Shown in pieces: positions 1 through 12,730 of a stretch of 64,000 bases of DNA (within the stretch, counting starts at the first letter, position 1; each line of letters starts with the position of its first letter). The notes beneath the pieces are model-generated. The model made no database searches and was not told the DNA's origin. It worked only from the letters and a program-made list of their open reading frames with translations. The position numbers and the translations under genes were made by a program. Source of the stretch: Eutreptiella sp. 'Long Island Sound 2002' (lineage: Eukaryota > Protista > Euglenida); contig OZ038378.1 of the NCBI GenBank assembly GCA_964036045.1, forward strand, positions 156,178,001 to 156,242,000, read 5' to 3'.

Positions 1-3000
1 ACGGAGGGGTCGACGGGCGTGCCGGGGGCGTACGCAGCGTGCAGGTTGGGCAGCAGCGGGCGCACGTGCAGCGCGTCGGCGTGCTCGATGGGGACCTCAC
101 TGAGGACCGAGGGGTTGGCGGCAAGCAGTATGCGATGCCCGGGAGGGGTGGCGGCGAGGAGCGGGAGGATGTCCGCGGCCCGCGACGTGGGGGTGAACAC
201 GATGTGGGCCGGGTGCGGCCCCGGGAGCGGTGTTGGGGGGGGCGGGACCACAGGACGGCGGTCTGCTGTGAGGCGATGCTGTGGCGCAGTGTGTGGGGCC
301 GGGTGCTGGGCGGCGTGGGGACGTGTGGCGGGAGGGGGGGGGGGGCGGGGCGGTGGCGTGGGAGGGGGCACGGCGAAGGAGTGACGTCAGTGACGTGTGT
401 GTCGTGCTGAGGGTGGGGAGGAGCCCACGGTATCGGGTCCGGGTTCGGCGCCTTTGGGCGTGGTGGTGCTCGTTTTCGTGTGCGTTGGCTTCCTTCGGCG
501 TCCGGTTCGTTTGGTGACTTCTGGGCGGGGCCTGGCGTGGCGCCCCGTGGTGGTGGTGTGCTGGGTAACGGGGTTAGATGGCGGCGCCGCTGGCCGGGGG
601 GTCTGGCGCGTCGTGTTGTGTGGCGCGCAGGGCTCCTGGGGTGCTGTGAATGTCGCCGGTGTCGGTGCGCCGATGCTTGTGGGGTGGTGAGGGGGTGTGT
701 GCGTGCGGGGCTGCGCTTTGGGTGATGTCCCACAGGCGGATGCCGTCTCGCCGCGTTTCCTGGAGGGTCTCCCGTAGGCGCCTGAGGACGTACGGGTGGT
801 CCTGGGGCGCGGGGAGGTTGCGGGGGTGGACTCCCAGGGGGTGGAGCGCATCGGCCAGCATGGCTTCCCATGCGGCCTGCGGCATCCACCCCCCCGCCGG
901 CCGGAGGCGGCCGTTCTCCACCGACCCCTTGCGGGGCCGATGGACCAGGCCCTCGAGGGAGGGCTCTCCCCGGGCCCACTTCCACAGCTCCCAGAGCTGC
1001 GTGTGGGTCCAGCGCTGCCACCACTGTTCCTGGGCGGGCCTGCGGTCGTGGGCGGAGGAGTGGGCGTGGGTGGGTGTGACGGGGTCGTGGGGACCGGCGG
1101 CGGTGGCGGGCCTGGGGGATTCCTCGTAGTCCTGTTCCGTGGGGGTGCGTGGGGAGTGGGGGTGCACGCGGATGTGGACCCGCGGGTGGGCGCGTACGGT
1201 CTCCGCCTCGGGGTTGGGCGGGGATTCGCGGCGGCGGCGGTAGTGGGGCATGCGTTGCATGTGGGCTGTCATCGGGGGCCGGTAGGGGGGCGGGGGCGCT
1301 GCTGGTGGACCCTGGGGTTGTTCTGGCTTGGTCGGGGGCGGTCCGTGGGCCTGGGGTGCGGGCTTTGGGAGGTGGTGGGACGAGGCGCGTCGCGCTTCGG
1401 CCGCGGCGCGCTCCGCCATGAAGGTGGTGGCGGTGGCGTCGGTGACGGTGGGGGGGCGCCGCGCTGGGCGCTGCTGCCTTCGGGCCTGGGACGGCTGGGG
1501 CCGGATGTCGTAGAGGACATCCTCGGGGGGCCGGGCTCGCGTTGCCGTCGTGGCGCCGGGTTTGGGCTTGGGTTTGGGCTTGGCTGCGGGTCGCCGTTTG
1601 GCGGCGGTCTTGGGCTTCGGCTGGGTCGTGGGCGTGGGCTTCGCCGGGGTGTGGGCTTTGGCGGCGGCGGGGCTGCTCGCGGTGGGGGCGGGTTTGGAGG
1701 CCCGTTTGGGAGGTGTCCCCCGCGGCCTGGGGGGTGGAGTGCTGGACGAGGACGTGGTGCTGGTGGTGGATGAGGTGGTCGTGGTGGTGGAGGTTGTGGA
1801 GTCGGAGGCGGAGGAGAAGGCCGCGGGAGACGGCGGAGGGTCCCGGGCCTCGGGGGCGGGCGTATGATGCTGGGTCCTGTAAGTAGCGAGAACGAGGGTG
1901 CAGGTTCGGGCATCGGGCGTGTGCGCGCGTTTTCCCTGGTGATCCGTGCGTGCTGGTGCTGGCGTGGCGGCGTTGTCCCGGCGGCGCGGGCACGTGGGTT
2001 ACCCGGGGGGTGGCCATCTCTGCTCCAGGACGTGGGGGTGTGTTTGCTGGAGGTAGTCGAGGGTCCGGAAGAAGCATCGCTGGATGCCGGGCATGTCCTC
2101 CTCTGTGAGGTGGGGGTAGTTTTGGGTCGGGGTGTGGGGGCCCGGCCATAGCAGCGCCATGAGGCGGGCTGCCACCATGTACGGGCATAGTTGTGGGGTG
2201 GTGGGGCGTGGGGGGGTGGGTCCCTCGCGGTTTCGGGGGGCTTCCCTCTGCTGGGGGCGCAGCGTGACCACCCACACCCATCGGTCCGTGGGGATCCCCC
2301 AGGTCCGTTGGGTCCGCTTGGCGAGGCAATACATTGCCCTACCAAGGCCCTGGCAGCCGCTGCGGATGGAGAGCAGCGTGTCCAGGGATGCGGGTTCCCA
2401 CGTGCCCCAGATGTGGGGGTCGTCCGGGTCGTCCCCCCTGGCGTACGTGTCGGGGCCTGGGTTGTGTGGGGGGGGGGTGTAGTCGGCGGGGAGGAGGGAG
2501 TCGGTGCCGTGTACCACCCAGTGGTCTGTGGGTGCGTCGTAGGTGGTGGTGGAGAGGGTGTAGTGCAGATTGCACATGAGGGTCATGTACGTGGAGGGGG
2601 CTGGCTGCTGCTCGTCGGGGGTGGGGATGTCCCCCGGGACGTGGTGCCGGAAGTTGCTTAGGGAGGCCATCCGGGCTACCCATGTTTCCCGCTCCCACTC
2701 TTTGGTGCTGTCGGGGGTGGCGTCGGGTGGGGGGTGGGCCATGTTGGGCTCGCGGTAGCGGGTGTGGCCCCGGGTGCTGTCCCGCTCCGGCACGGGGTGT
2801 CCGACCAGGTGTCGCCCCCAGTCGATGGGGGGCACCCAGATCCGGCTCCCCGTGGGGGGCGGGCTCTCGCCGTCTGGGGTGGCGCGTGGCGGGCGCTCGT
2901 GTCGGGCGACGTGGAGGAAGGCGTCGAAGAGGAAGTCTCTGACGCCTTCCCCCAGGGTGGCCGCCTGGACCAGGGTGGCCGCCCGGATGGGGGTGCTGGT

Positions 3001-3346
3001 GCCGGAGGTGCGGAGGTACAGCACGACGTCCTGTTCCCCGAGTCCCCGGAGGTGCTGCCGTACCGCTGCGGGGTTGTGTAGGGCGTAGGGTTCGGCCGGT
3101 GCGGCGACTGGTGGTGCGGGGTGTGATGGGGGGGGTGGTGTGGGTTGGGGGGGGTGGTCGTCGTTGTCGCGCGTGAGTCCGGTGATGGGGTCTCTTGTGG
3201 CGGTCGCGGGAGGGGGGATTCGCGGTGGCGTCTGTCGGCGAGGGTACTGACGTCAATTGGCTGGTGCTGGCTGCCGCGTGTTGTGTCCGTGGCCTGGTCT
3301 CGGGGGGGGGGCGGGGGGGGATGGTGCGGGGGTGGCGCTGTTGGTG

Positions 3347-4082
3347 TTGTGGGGGGCGGGGGTGGGTGTTGCGCTGGCTGGGGGTCTGGGCGTCCCTGTG
3401 GGTCGTGTGGGTGTTGCGTGTGTGCGCCGTGTGGCCCTTGCGGTTCTTGACTGGTTTTGGTGCCGGGGTGTAGGTGGGAGGCGGCCGCATGAGCGTCCGG
3501 GTGGGGCTGTGGTCCGTATGTAATGGGTGGCTGCTGGTGGATGGTGCTCGCTGGTATGGGGTGTGGGTGGGGGGGCTGCTGGTGGTGGTGGGGTGGGGGG
3601 GGCGGGGGTGGGTGTTGTGCCGGCTGGGGGTCCGGGCGTCCCTGTGGGTCGTGTGGGTGTTGTGTGTGTGCGCCGTGTGGCCCTTGCGGTTCTTGACTGG
3701 TTGCAGTGCCGGGGTGCGGGTGGGAGGCGACCGCATGAGCCCCCGGGTGGGGCTGTGGTCCGTATGTGATGGGTGGCTGCTGGTGGATGGTGCTCGCTGG
3801 TATGGGGTGTGGGTGGGGGGGCTGCTGGTGGTGGTGGGGTGGGGGGGGCGGGGGTGGGTGTTGTGCCGGCTGGGGGTCCGGGCGTCCCTGTGGGTCGTGT
3901 GGGTGTTGTGTGTGTGCGCCGTGTGGCCCTTGCGGTTCTTGACTGGTTGCGGTGCCGGGGTGCGGGTGGGAGGCGACCGCATGAGCCCCCGGGTGGGGCT
4001 GTGGTCCGTATGTGATGGGTGGCTGCTGGTGGATGGTGCTCGCTGGTATGGGGTGTGGGTGGGGGGGCTGTTGGTGGTGGTG
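3347..4082 (-). repeat. 246-bp in-frame tandem repeat (~3 copies, 82-aa Pro/His/Gln unit)
   Basis: Equivalent positions at 3527, 3773 and 4019 (period 246). The repeated peptide is PQPAQHPPPPPPPHHHQQPPHPHPIPASTIHQQ... Confidence 0.9.
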
Positions 4083-5414
4083 GGGCGCTCCTACTAGGCC
4101 CTGGTGTTGCTGGTGTGCGTGCGCGGCTCCTCGCGGGTCCATGGGGGTGTACCGTGGCTCGTATGTCGTGGGCCCGTGTAGCGGGGGCGGCGGGTGGTGC
4201 TGGACCGCGTGGTGGTGGTGTGGAGGGTGTGCCGGTTGTGTGTGGTACCCCGGCGTTGGTGGGTGTGGTGGCAGGGGCTGGTGGTGGTGGAACACGTGAT
4301 GCTGTGGTGCGGTGATGTGCGCTATGTGGGGTGGGTGGTTCGCGGGGCCTGGTTGTGCTGGGGCGTGGTGGGGATGTAGCTGGTGGGGGTCGCTGTAGCT
4401 TGGGGGCATTAGGGGGTAGGGGCTGGGAGGGACGGGGGCGCGGTGGTGGTGTTGGTGGTGCCATGTCCCCTGGCTCTGCGCGTACGGTGGTCCTGGCATG
4501 GTGTGGACGTGTGTGGGCGGTGGTGGCTGACTGGGCTGCAGGGTTTGGGTGCTGCGGTACGGTGGTGGTGGTGGGCGTTGGTGGTGGTGGTGTTGTTGGT
4601 GTGCCCCGGGGGTCTGCGCGTGGGGCGGTGCGGTGTAGCTGGACCCGGGCCTTGGTCGGGGCGTCGCGCCCTGCTGGCGGGCGCGTTGGCGCGCCCCCTG
4701 GTGCCGGTGCCCCTTGGTCTTCTTGGCCTGGTGGGTGTCGGGGGCGGGTGAACCCCCCTGTCCCTGTGGGGGCGACGGGGAGCGGGCGCGCCAGCGGTGT
4801 GCCTCTTGGAGGCTCGTCTTGAGGCCTCTGACGTAGCCCTCCTGGTCCGTGAGGCCCATCCGCGTGGCGGTGGCCTCGTCGGGGGCGGCCAGGTGGGCGT
4901 CCCGAAAAGACGCCCAGCCCTCCGGGGGCGTCTGTTGTGCGGGGTGGGGGTGGTGTGCCGGGTAGAGGAGTGCGCTGAGGGGGTAGGGTGTTCCCTTCCG
5001 TCGGCCGAGGGCGTTTGCGAACCGGCGGCACGTGGTTCGGAGGTAGGCTGCTATCTCCTCTGGTGCCGTGTCGGCCCACGCTTCCGGCGTCAGGGCTGCT
5101 GCTTGGGGGGCCGGGGGTTGTGGGTGTGGGAGGTGTAGGTCTCGTTGGTGGAGGTATAGGGCGAGGAGGATGTGGCGGGCCGCCACGTTCAAGCCGCCTC
5201 CGCTGTGGCGTAGGGGTGGGCTGTGGGGGGGCAGGGGTGTGTTGCCCGCGGCCACGGTTATGGCCCATGCGTGGTCCGCCGCGTCCGCCACGTAGTACCC
5301 TCCCAGTTGGTCCCGGAGAGTGTCGGTGAGGTACCCGAAAAAGCTGGGGTGGCTGGCGGGGGGGGGTGCGGCTGGGGCTGCGGGCCGTTCGCGGTGGCGG
5401 GGGTTGAGGTCCCC

Positions 5415-5522
5415 GCAGTGGGGGCAGTGGGTGAGGCGGTGCGCGGCTCCCAGGCAGACCCAGTGGTCTGGGTTGCAGGGCAGGGCTGTCTGTGGTAGCC
5501 GCTGGCGAACGCAGAGGGGACA
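5415..5522 (-). other. RING-finger-like Zn motif (degenerate)
   Basis: Manual translation upstream of and in frame with ORF 2676-5291 gives CPLCVRQRLPQTALPCNPDHWVCLGAAHRLTHCPHC = C-x2-C-x11-C-x3-H-x2-C-x2-A-x6-C-x2-C. The sixth ligand is A rather than C. Confidence 0.5.
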
Positions 5523-5992
5523 TGCGGTGGCTGGTGGTTGGTGGTACCTGTGGACGGACGGCGGCGTGGGGGGATGGGGGCTGGTGGCGCGCGCATGCTG
5601 GTGGGAGCGTGTGCGGTGCCTGTGGCGCCCGTGTGTGCTGTGCCAGTGCTGTGCTCGGTGGACGGTGTGTAGACGTGGTGGGGGTTCGGTGTTGGTACGT
5701 CACGGGGTAGGTTCTCATGGTTGGTAGAACAGGAGTTTGAGGAGGGGGGATTGGTCTGTTGGGGGCAGGGTCGCCGCATGCTGCAGGTATTTGTGGGTGC
5801 GGTATGTGAGCTGCTCCGCCGTCTTGGCAACGGCCGTCCGCTGCATGTGCGCCGCCGTGGCCTGGGGGTCATCCGCGTGGGTGCGTAGTAAGGTGTAGAC
5901 GGCAGTGGGGACGAGTCCCCTCCGGACTGCCTCGAGCACCTCCGTCTGCTTGAGGACGGTGGTGAGTTGCTGGGTCGCCGGGGACTGCGCCA

Positions 5993-7630
5993 GCCATTTC
6001 CTATTGAGCGCAATTCTGCTTGGCCCAGAAACATGACATTTCCCATTGGGCGCATTTTGCGTCGCCGGGAAAAATGCCATGTCCTATTGCGCGCAAATCT
6101 GCTTGGCCCAGAAACATGCCATATCCTATTGTGCACTATTCTGCTTGGCCAAGAAACATGCCATTTCCTATTGTGCGAATTTTGCTTGGCCCCGAAACAT
6201 GCCATGTGCTATTGGGCGCAATTTTGCTTGGCCCAAAAACGTGCCATTTTCTCTTCTGGGCAATTGTGCGTGGCCCAAAAACATGCTATTTCCTATTTTG
6301 CACAATTCTGCTTGGCCCCAAAAAAATGCCATTTTCTTTTCTGCGCAAGTCTGCTTTGCCCAAAAGCATGCCTTTTTTTTTTCTGCGCAATGCTTCTTGG
6401 CCAACAAACATACCATTTTTTATTGTGCGCAATTGTGCTTGGCCCAGAAATATGCCATTTCTTATTGTGCGAATTCTGCTTGGCCCAGAAACATGCCATG
6501 TCCTATTGTGCGCCAATCTGCTTGGCCCAGAAACATGCCATGTCTTATGGTGCACCATTTTGCTTGGTCGACAAACATGCCATGTCCTATTGTGCACAAT
6601 TCTGCTTGGCCCAAAAACATGCCATTTGCCTATCGTGCGCAAGTCTGCTTGGCCCGGAAACATGCCATTTCCTCTTGTGCGAATTCTGCTGGGCCCAGAA
6701 ACATGCCATTTCCTATTGTGCGCAATTCCGCTTGGCCCGGAAACATGCTATTTCCTATTGTACACTATTCTGCTTGGCCCGGCAGCATGCCATTTCTTAT
6801 TGTGCACAATTGTGCTTGGCCCAGAAACATGCCATGTCCTATTGTGCGCAAATCCGCCTGGCCGAGAAAAATGCCATGTCTTATTGTGCGCAAATCTTCT
6901 TGGCCCAGAAACATGCCATGTCCTATTGTGCGCAAATCCGCTTGGCGCGGAAACATGCCACATCCTATTGTGAATTCACCTTGGCCCGAAACTTGCCATT
7001 TCCTATTGAGCGCAATTCTGCTTGGCCCAGAAACATGCCATTTCCTATTGGGCGCATTTTGCGTTGCCGGGAAAAATGCCATGTCCTATTGCGCGCAAAT
7101 CTGCTTGGCTCAGAAACATGCCATATCCTATTGTGCACTATTCTGCTTGGCCAAGAAACATGCCATTTCCTATTGTACTCTATTCTGCTTGGCCCAGAAC
7201 AATGCCATGTCCTATTGTGCGAATTTTGCTTGGCCCAGAAACATGCCATGTGCTATTGGGCGCAATTTTGCCTGGCCCAAGAACGTGCCATTTTCTCTTG
7301 TGGGCAATTGTGCGTGGCCCAGAAACATGCTATTTCCTATTTTGCACAATTCTGCTTGGCCCCAAAAAATGCCATTTTCTTTTCTGCGCAAGTCTGCTTT
7401 GCCCAAAAACATGCCTTTTTTTTTTCTGCGCAATGCTTCTTGGCCAACAAACATACCATTTTTTATTGTGCGCAATTGTGCTTGGCCCAGAAATATGCCA
7501 TTTCTTATTGTGCGGAATTCTGCTTCGCCCGGAAACATGGCATTTCCCATTCTGCGCAATTCTGCTTGGCCCATAAATATGCCATTTCCTACTGTACATT
7601 CTGCTTGGCCCAGAAACATGCCATTTTCTT
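5993..7630. repeat. 42-bp minisatellite (~39 units) with ~1002-bp higher-order duplication
   Basis: Consensus ATTGTGCGCAATTCTGCTTGGCCCAGAAACATGCCATTTCCT; cctattg recurs at 6712 and 6754. The variant block starting ~5996 recurs at ~6998. Confidence 0.95.
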
Positions 7631-10600
7631 TTCTGCGAGAAAAGGTTTCCGGTGTGCCCTTGATGTGCTTGTTCCTTCTTGCTTTTTGTTTTTGAGGATA
7701 AAAACCTTGATGATTTTCCCAAGTGCAAAATGAGGTCGACAAGAGAATAGAACAGGGCGACCCTAATACTAGATTGAAATGAAATCAGGATGAAGCCTTT
7801 CCAAATCAAAGCATGAGTAGGAAAAGACGTGCCGCACAGTGAACAATGCAGGCTTAAAACCATAGTTTCAATCTTTTATGAAGAAAGCAAACAATTTTAT
7901 AGTGAAAACTGGCATACGTTTTGCTCCAAAGATAGTTAGAAGCACTTCATGTGCACTGCTTGAGATGCAATCGAGTTGGTGAGAAACCTCAGGCAAATAG
8001 GTTGGGCCAGACACAGAATATGGCTTGGCCAGCTTGGCCAAGCAACAGCATAGGGAATCAGTTAAAAAGTAGTACCACAAAAAGTGGGTGAAACATTTGA
8101 GTACCTAGGGCGTGAGGTGGGAGACCACTAGGCTTAACCTCCAAGGAAAAAGGCATGTAGTTCCTAGCTTATTTCGGTACAACCTCTATGAGGGAAGATA
8201 CCTTCGCTCACTTGAGTCGTAGGGGTGAACTTCATATGGGGAGGGCTAGGGTTATAACCCTAGTTACTTTGAATAATGTACTTTATGCTTCAGAAGAGTG
8301 ATAAAAATGATTAAGTGTTAGTTTGCATTACTTCCCAAAGAATAGGGGGGGCTTGGCCTAGACCCATTCCCGCACAAAGGACGTTGAAGTGACTTTTTCT
8401 TGCTCTCCTCTAGAGTACTAGGTGATCAAGCCGGTAGGACCAAGGAAAAAGGCTCAAAATCATTTGAAATTACCTCAAAAAATACTGTAAACCAGCAAAT
8501 TGACACTCTCATTAGTTCATAGATTCATATTACACTATCGGTACCATGAAAAATAGCATAAAGTAGATTTTATGATGTTCCAATGGAGGGGCATTCCTCA
8601 AGAGTCGCCAGCGTCGAGCGGAAACCTTTGGTAAAGATTTTGGGGTAGAGGGGATGGAACCCAGGACCTCCTCCCTAGAGTACACATGATTATCCACTAG
8701 GGTATGGTCGATCCCTCTAACGCGAAGGGCCATCAATGAATAAACAGTGTTTTAGTAAACGTCTTGACCAAGGGCCACGGCGGAGCAATACTCCCAATGG
8801 AGGGCACAAACGTCCAGAAGCTGAAAAAAATAGGAAATGGAACCAACAGGGTGTGAATCCTGCAATTAGGTGGAGGGGTTAGCCATTTAGAAAGACAAAT
8901 CGCTAAAATTTTACATAAAAACATTAGAAATTGTCAGTTTTATCCGAAAACTAACAGTCGCAGACAAGCACCACAGAGCCCCGCCTCACGAAAGACGCCA
9001 TAGAAGCGAAACAGTCCAGACAAAAGAAAGGTGTGTACTGTGTTTTTGAAACCTTTTAACCAAAAATTTTGTCCAGTTGCATCAAAAATTTTACAAACTT
9101 TAAGAAAAACAAAATAAGCAGGCTAAACAAAACTGGGCAAGCGGACAACCCGCTTCTCAAGTATGTCTCTGTCATTACACACGTGTGCATTGTGTTCGTG
9201 TTGCTCCTTTCGTTAAAACGATAGGGTTGTTATCGTTGCGTTTCGTGGGGGCTTGGGTCCTCCTGCGTCTTGGACTGCACAGGCAAACAAACAAATGAAA
9301 ATTATCATCACGAATGGAGCATGTAGCGCGCACATAGGGTTAGAGGAAGCGACGTGCTCGCGATGCATGTGCTTAATTCACGCAGTCACGTGCTGTTGTG
9401 CCTTTCCATGTACCTGCATTCACCCTCCCCTTTTCGTCACAGGGTATCAAGAAAGGGCTTGTGCGTGCGTGTGTTCGCCGTTCTGTTAAAGTGTGGTTGC
9501 TTAAAACGTTAGGCTTCGTTGTGCGTCGTAATTTTGCCGCTCATCTTGCTCTCTCTCCTGCAGGTGAAAGTGTGAAAGAAGATTCATACAGACGATGCAT
9601 TAATACCTTAGGGTTGTTTTAAATCATTGTAGGGTTGTTTAAGTGGTTAGGGTTGTTCTTGCACGGCATACGCATGTTATGCGAGGTAGGTAAGGTGAGT
9701 ATGCCCAGGAGGAACTCACCTCCTGGTTGAGTTTGTTGGTTTTTGTTGACCCTTTTGCCTAGTGATCGCCTCCCTTCCATGTGGGCAGGCACACAATGCA
9801 TTAAAGGGCTTATGCCGGGCGCTGTGCACGCGGTATAACCCTTGTTTGAGCTACGCAGGGCTCCGGCCTACTTTGCATAAGAGAAGGGGCGGGGCTCTTA
9901 AGCTTGCTTGCTTGACAAGGGTTTAAAGGGAACTGAATTATTTTGTAAGCGAAGACCCGTATAATACGGCGAGGCTGGTTAGGTTCTTGTCCCTTTCTGC
10001 TCGTTCATGTCTGCATTTTCTCAAGTTAAAGGTAAGGGTGATTGGCGCAAACGTCCTACACCCAAAGACGGAAGCGCGTGACACAGTGCAAAATTAAAAT
10101 TGAAATCGATGAATATGGGGGAAGGGAGGCAGCCCTGAGGGCGGCTGGTGCACTGAGGCTGGTAAGGTTGCGGTACCCGTGAGAATTGAGCTATGGCACT
10201 TGTGGGGGGCACACCTGGAGGGGGGGGGGGGGGGGGGGCTGCACATAGTGAAGCCACCTGTGGACGTGGCGGACGTCGTGTGTGCACCATCTGCGAGAGG
10301 TACTGCTGTGTACGCGTGCTGTATGTGGTCTGCTTGTGTGCTGTTAACAGTGCTCCTGTCTCATGCATGTGTGTGCCCATTACACCCCCCTCGCAAGACC
10401 CGACATACCCAGGGAGGGATTGACACAAAATGGATGGGCACAAAACGTGCGGAGAGTTGCTCATCTCCATTCATTGAATTTTTGTGGGGGGGCCTCCTCT
10501 GGTGTACCCTATACCCCCGTGGCACGCGCTGAGTCGAGTCAACCAGTGGGGGGCACCCAAGGGTTCCCTATACCCATATGCATGTGTGTGCACGCCTGTG

Positions 10601-12730
10601 TGTGGTTCCTCCGTCTGGACTACCCTATACCCCCGGGCTCCCTGTTGTCCCATGGGGGGGGCACTCACACCTTCACCTGAGTTCAGGTCCCCTGGGGTGT
10701 TTCCCTCTGTGGGGGGGCACGTCGCCTCTACCCTCAACCCAAACACACGGCTTAACCTTGTCAACTGGAACATAGAAGACAAACGGATCTGTTTGAAAAA
10801 TGGATGGAACATGTGAAAGATACACAACATTGGAAAGGTTAGGGACAAGATCGGTCCCATGCCGGTTCCCAAGGGGCTGGAGGAAACATATCCCCACAAG
10901 CAGGGCAGAGAATAGGCGTAGGTCACGCAGAAGGATAGACATTTGTTCTATGGGCCATGGGGTGCTGGGTACCGCTTCAATCATATACAGGGGGGGCAAC
11001 AATATCAAACGCTTTAAATTTAGGCATCTTGCCATTTTCCCTCGTTTCAGCACCAAAATTTCATACGAGGTGGGCCTCAAACTGCTAGTTTTGTCACCAA
11101 AATTTCATACTAGGCTTCTTTTTTGAGAAGACATCAAAATGCTCTTAGCTCAGTTTTGAACAAAAAAAATTACCCAATACTTTGAAAATTACCAAAACTT
11201 TTCAAAGCGATTCTCCTTTTTTAGAAAATGTTCGCTTCTTCTCACAACTATTTGCAATGTTTCCTTCTTTTTTGCTAAAATGGTTTTAACTACACCACCT
11301 TTGGCATTACAATGCAACATCCTTTAGTTTTCTACGCAAAGTCCCCCGACGTCAATTTGCGGGCTGATTTTAACATCGCTTTTATTCTGGCCCCCTATAA
11401 TGTAGGCAGAGGGAGACTGGTTTTGCACGCAAAATTTAGGCCCGAAAATGGGTCCGAAATTTTGGTGTCTAGAATTAAAGTGGCCTGAAATTGTTGCCTC
11501 CCCTGTAATATGATACAGAAAAAACCAATAGGACCATTCATCATGGCCCATACTTATTATGATTACAATTATGGTCACCAATCTTCTTGGCCCATACGGT
11601 GAACTATTTTTTCTGAAATCGTCAAGATTTTTGAATTCCAACTTGACCACTTCATAATCTGCAGGATGTGGGCAGCGCCGTTGCTTTTGCTGGAGGTTCA
11701 GAGCTCTTAATGGTCTCGGTATAATCTGGAGAACCATCAAAAGGTCTATGGCAGTATGTCCATGGCAGCAAAATTGCAGTAATTATGAAAACTAACAAGC
11801 GCTTTGCACCATTGTGATAATCACGCTGCAACTTGTTCTCCTGCTTTGCGCACTCCCAGCGCGATCGTGAAGGCCTCCTTGGTCGTCATTGTCCTTGTAA
11901 TAGGGCTCAACGTAGTCAAATGGTCCTCACATGGTGTTGGCATCAAAGACCTTCTTGAACTTGTTTTTCGGGTTTACCGATTGTTCCTTACATCTCGACG
12001 ACGATGTATGCGTCGTCGCTGTTGCTGAGGGCGTTTTGGAATTCTTTTTATCTTTGGTCTTGATAACTTGGCACCTTGCATGTTTTGAAACTTTTCCGAG
12101 TTTTTCTTCATGTAGCCCAAAAATATACCCCAAAGGCGACCACACAAAGCAACGGAAACATACACGGGATTTGGCGAGATTACGGGAGTGAATGTGAAAC
12201 GGTACCTTTCATGTCCTCAAGTGAATATGAACAAAGGGGGGCATATAACATACTTATATACACAAAACAATGTAAAATGCAACAAGATCCCGTGTCTCCC
12301 CCCAACGCGCGGTGCCGGTGCACCGACGCGTTTTGGCACGCAATAAGTATAGAAACCCCATTGATAGGCTGTGATTGGGTGCCCTTACCTTCAGAATTCA
12401 GGTCGCCTACGATTTTCTCGAAAATCATGAACATTGCCCTCTTTGGCCAAAAAAACCAGCGCCGGCAAAGGTGCTTCAGGTGCATAACTTAAAACTGATA
12501 TGGAAATAATCTAAACTATAAAACTGATTGAAAGCTATTAAAAATCGCCAGAAATGCACACTTTCTGGATCGGCGCGCGCGATCGCAGGAGGGGCGGTCG
12601 CCGACCCAAACTCAGTTTTACAGTATAAAACAGGGTGAAAACACCATCCGTGTAAAACTACAGAAATTCCTGGTTGACCGATACCAACACTGTCCAAAAC
12701 AGTGCTAAAAACGTCAAATTCAGTGAACAC

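Larger units (their letters stand above)
1..5990 (-). pseudogene. Large frameshifted Pro/His/Gln-rich ORF system, probably TE-derived; continues off the left edge
   Basis: Consecutive minus-strand protein-like segments: one frame open 5699 to 2676 (about 1000 codons), 1999-3024, 574-1419, and a frame running off position 1 (HIVFTPTSRAADILPLLAATPPGHRILLAANP...). The strong G/T-rich plus-strand skew resembles that of the LINEs elsewhere in the window. Confidence 0.45.

Noticed and set aside
19-5727. Many Gly/Val/Trp-rich plus-strand ORFs
   Set aside because: Antisense shadows of the C-rich minus-strand coding frames.
5967-7733. Long ORFs (588, 549, 317 aa) over the 42-bp array
   Set aside because: Open in several frames only because the unit lacks stops; no coding signal.
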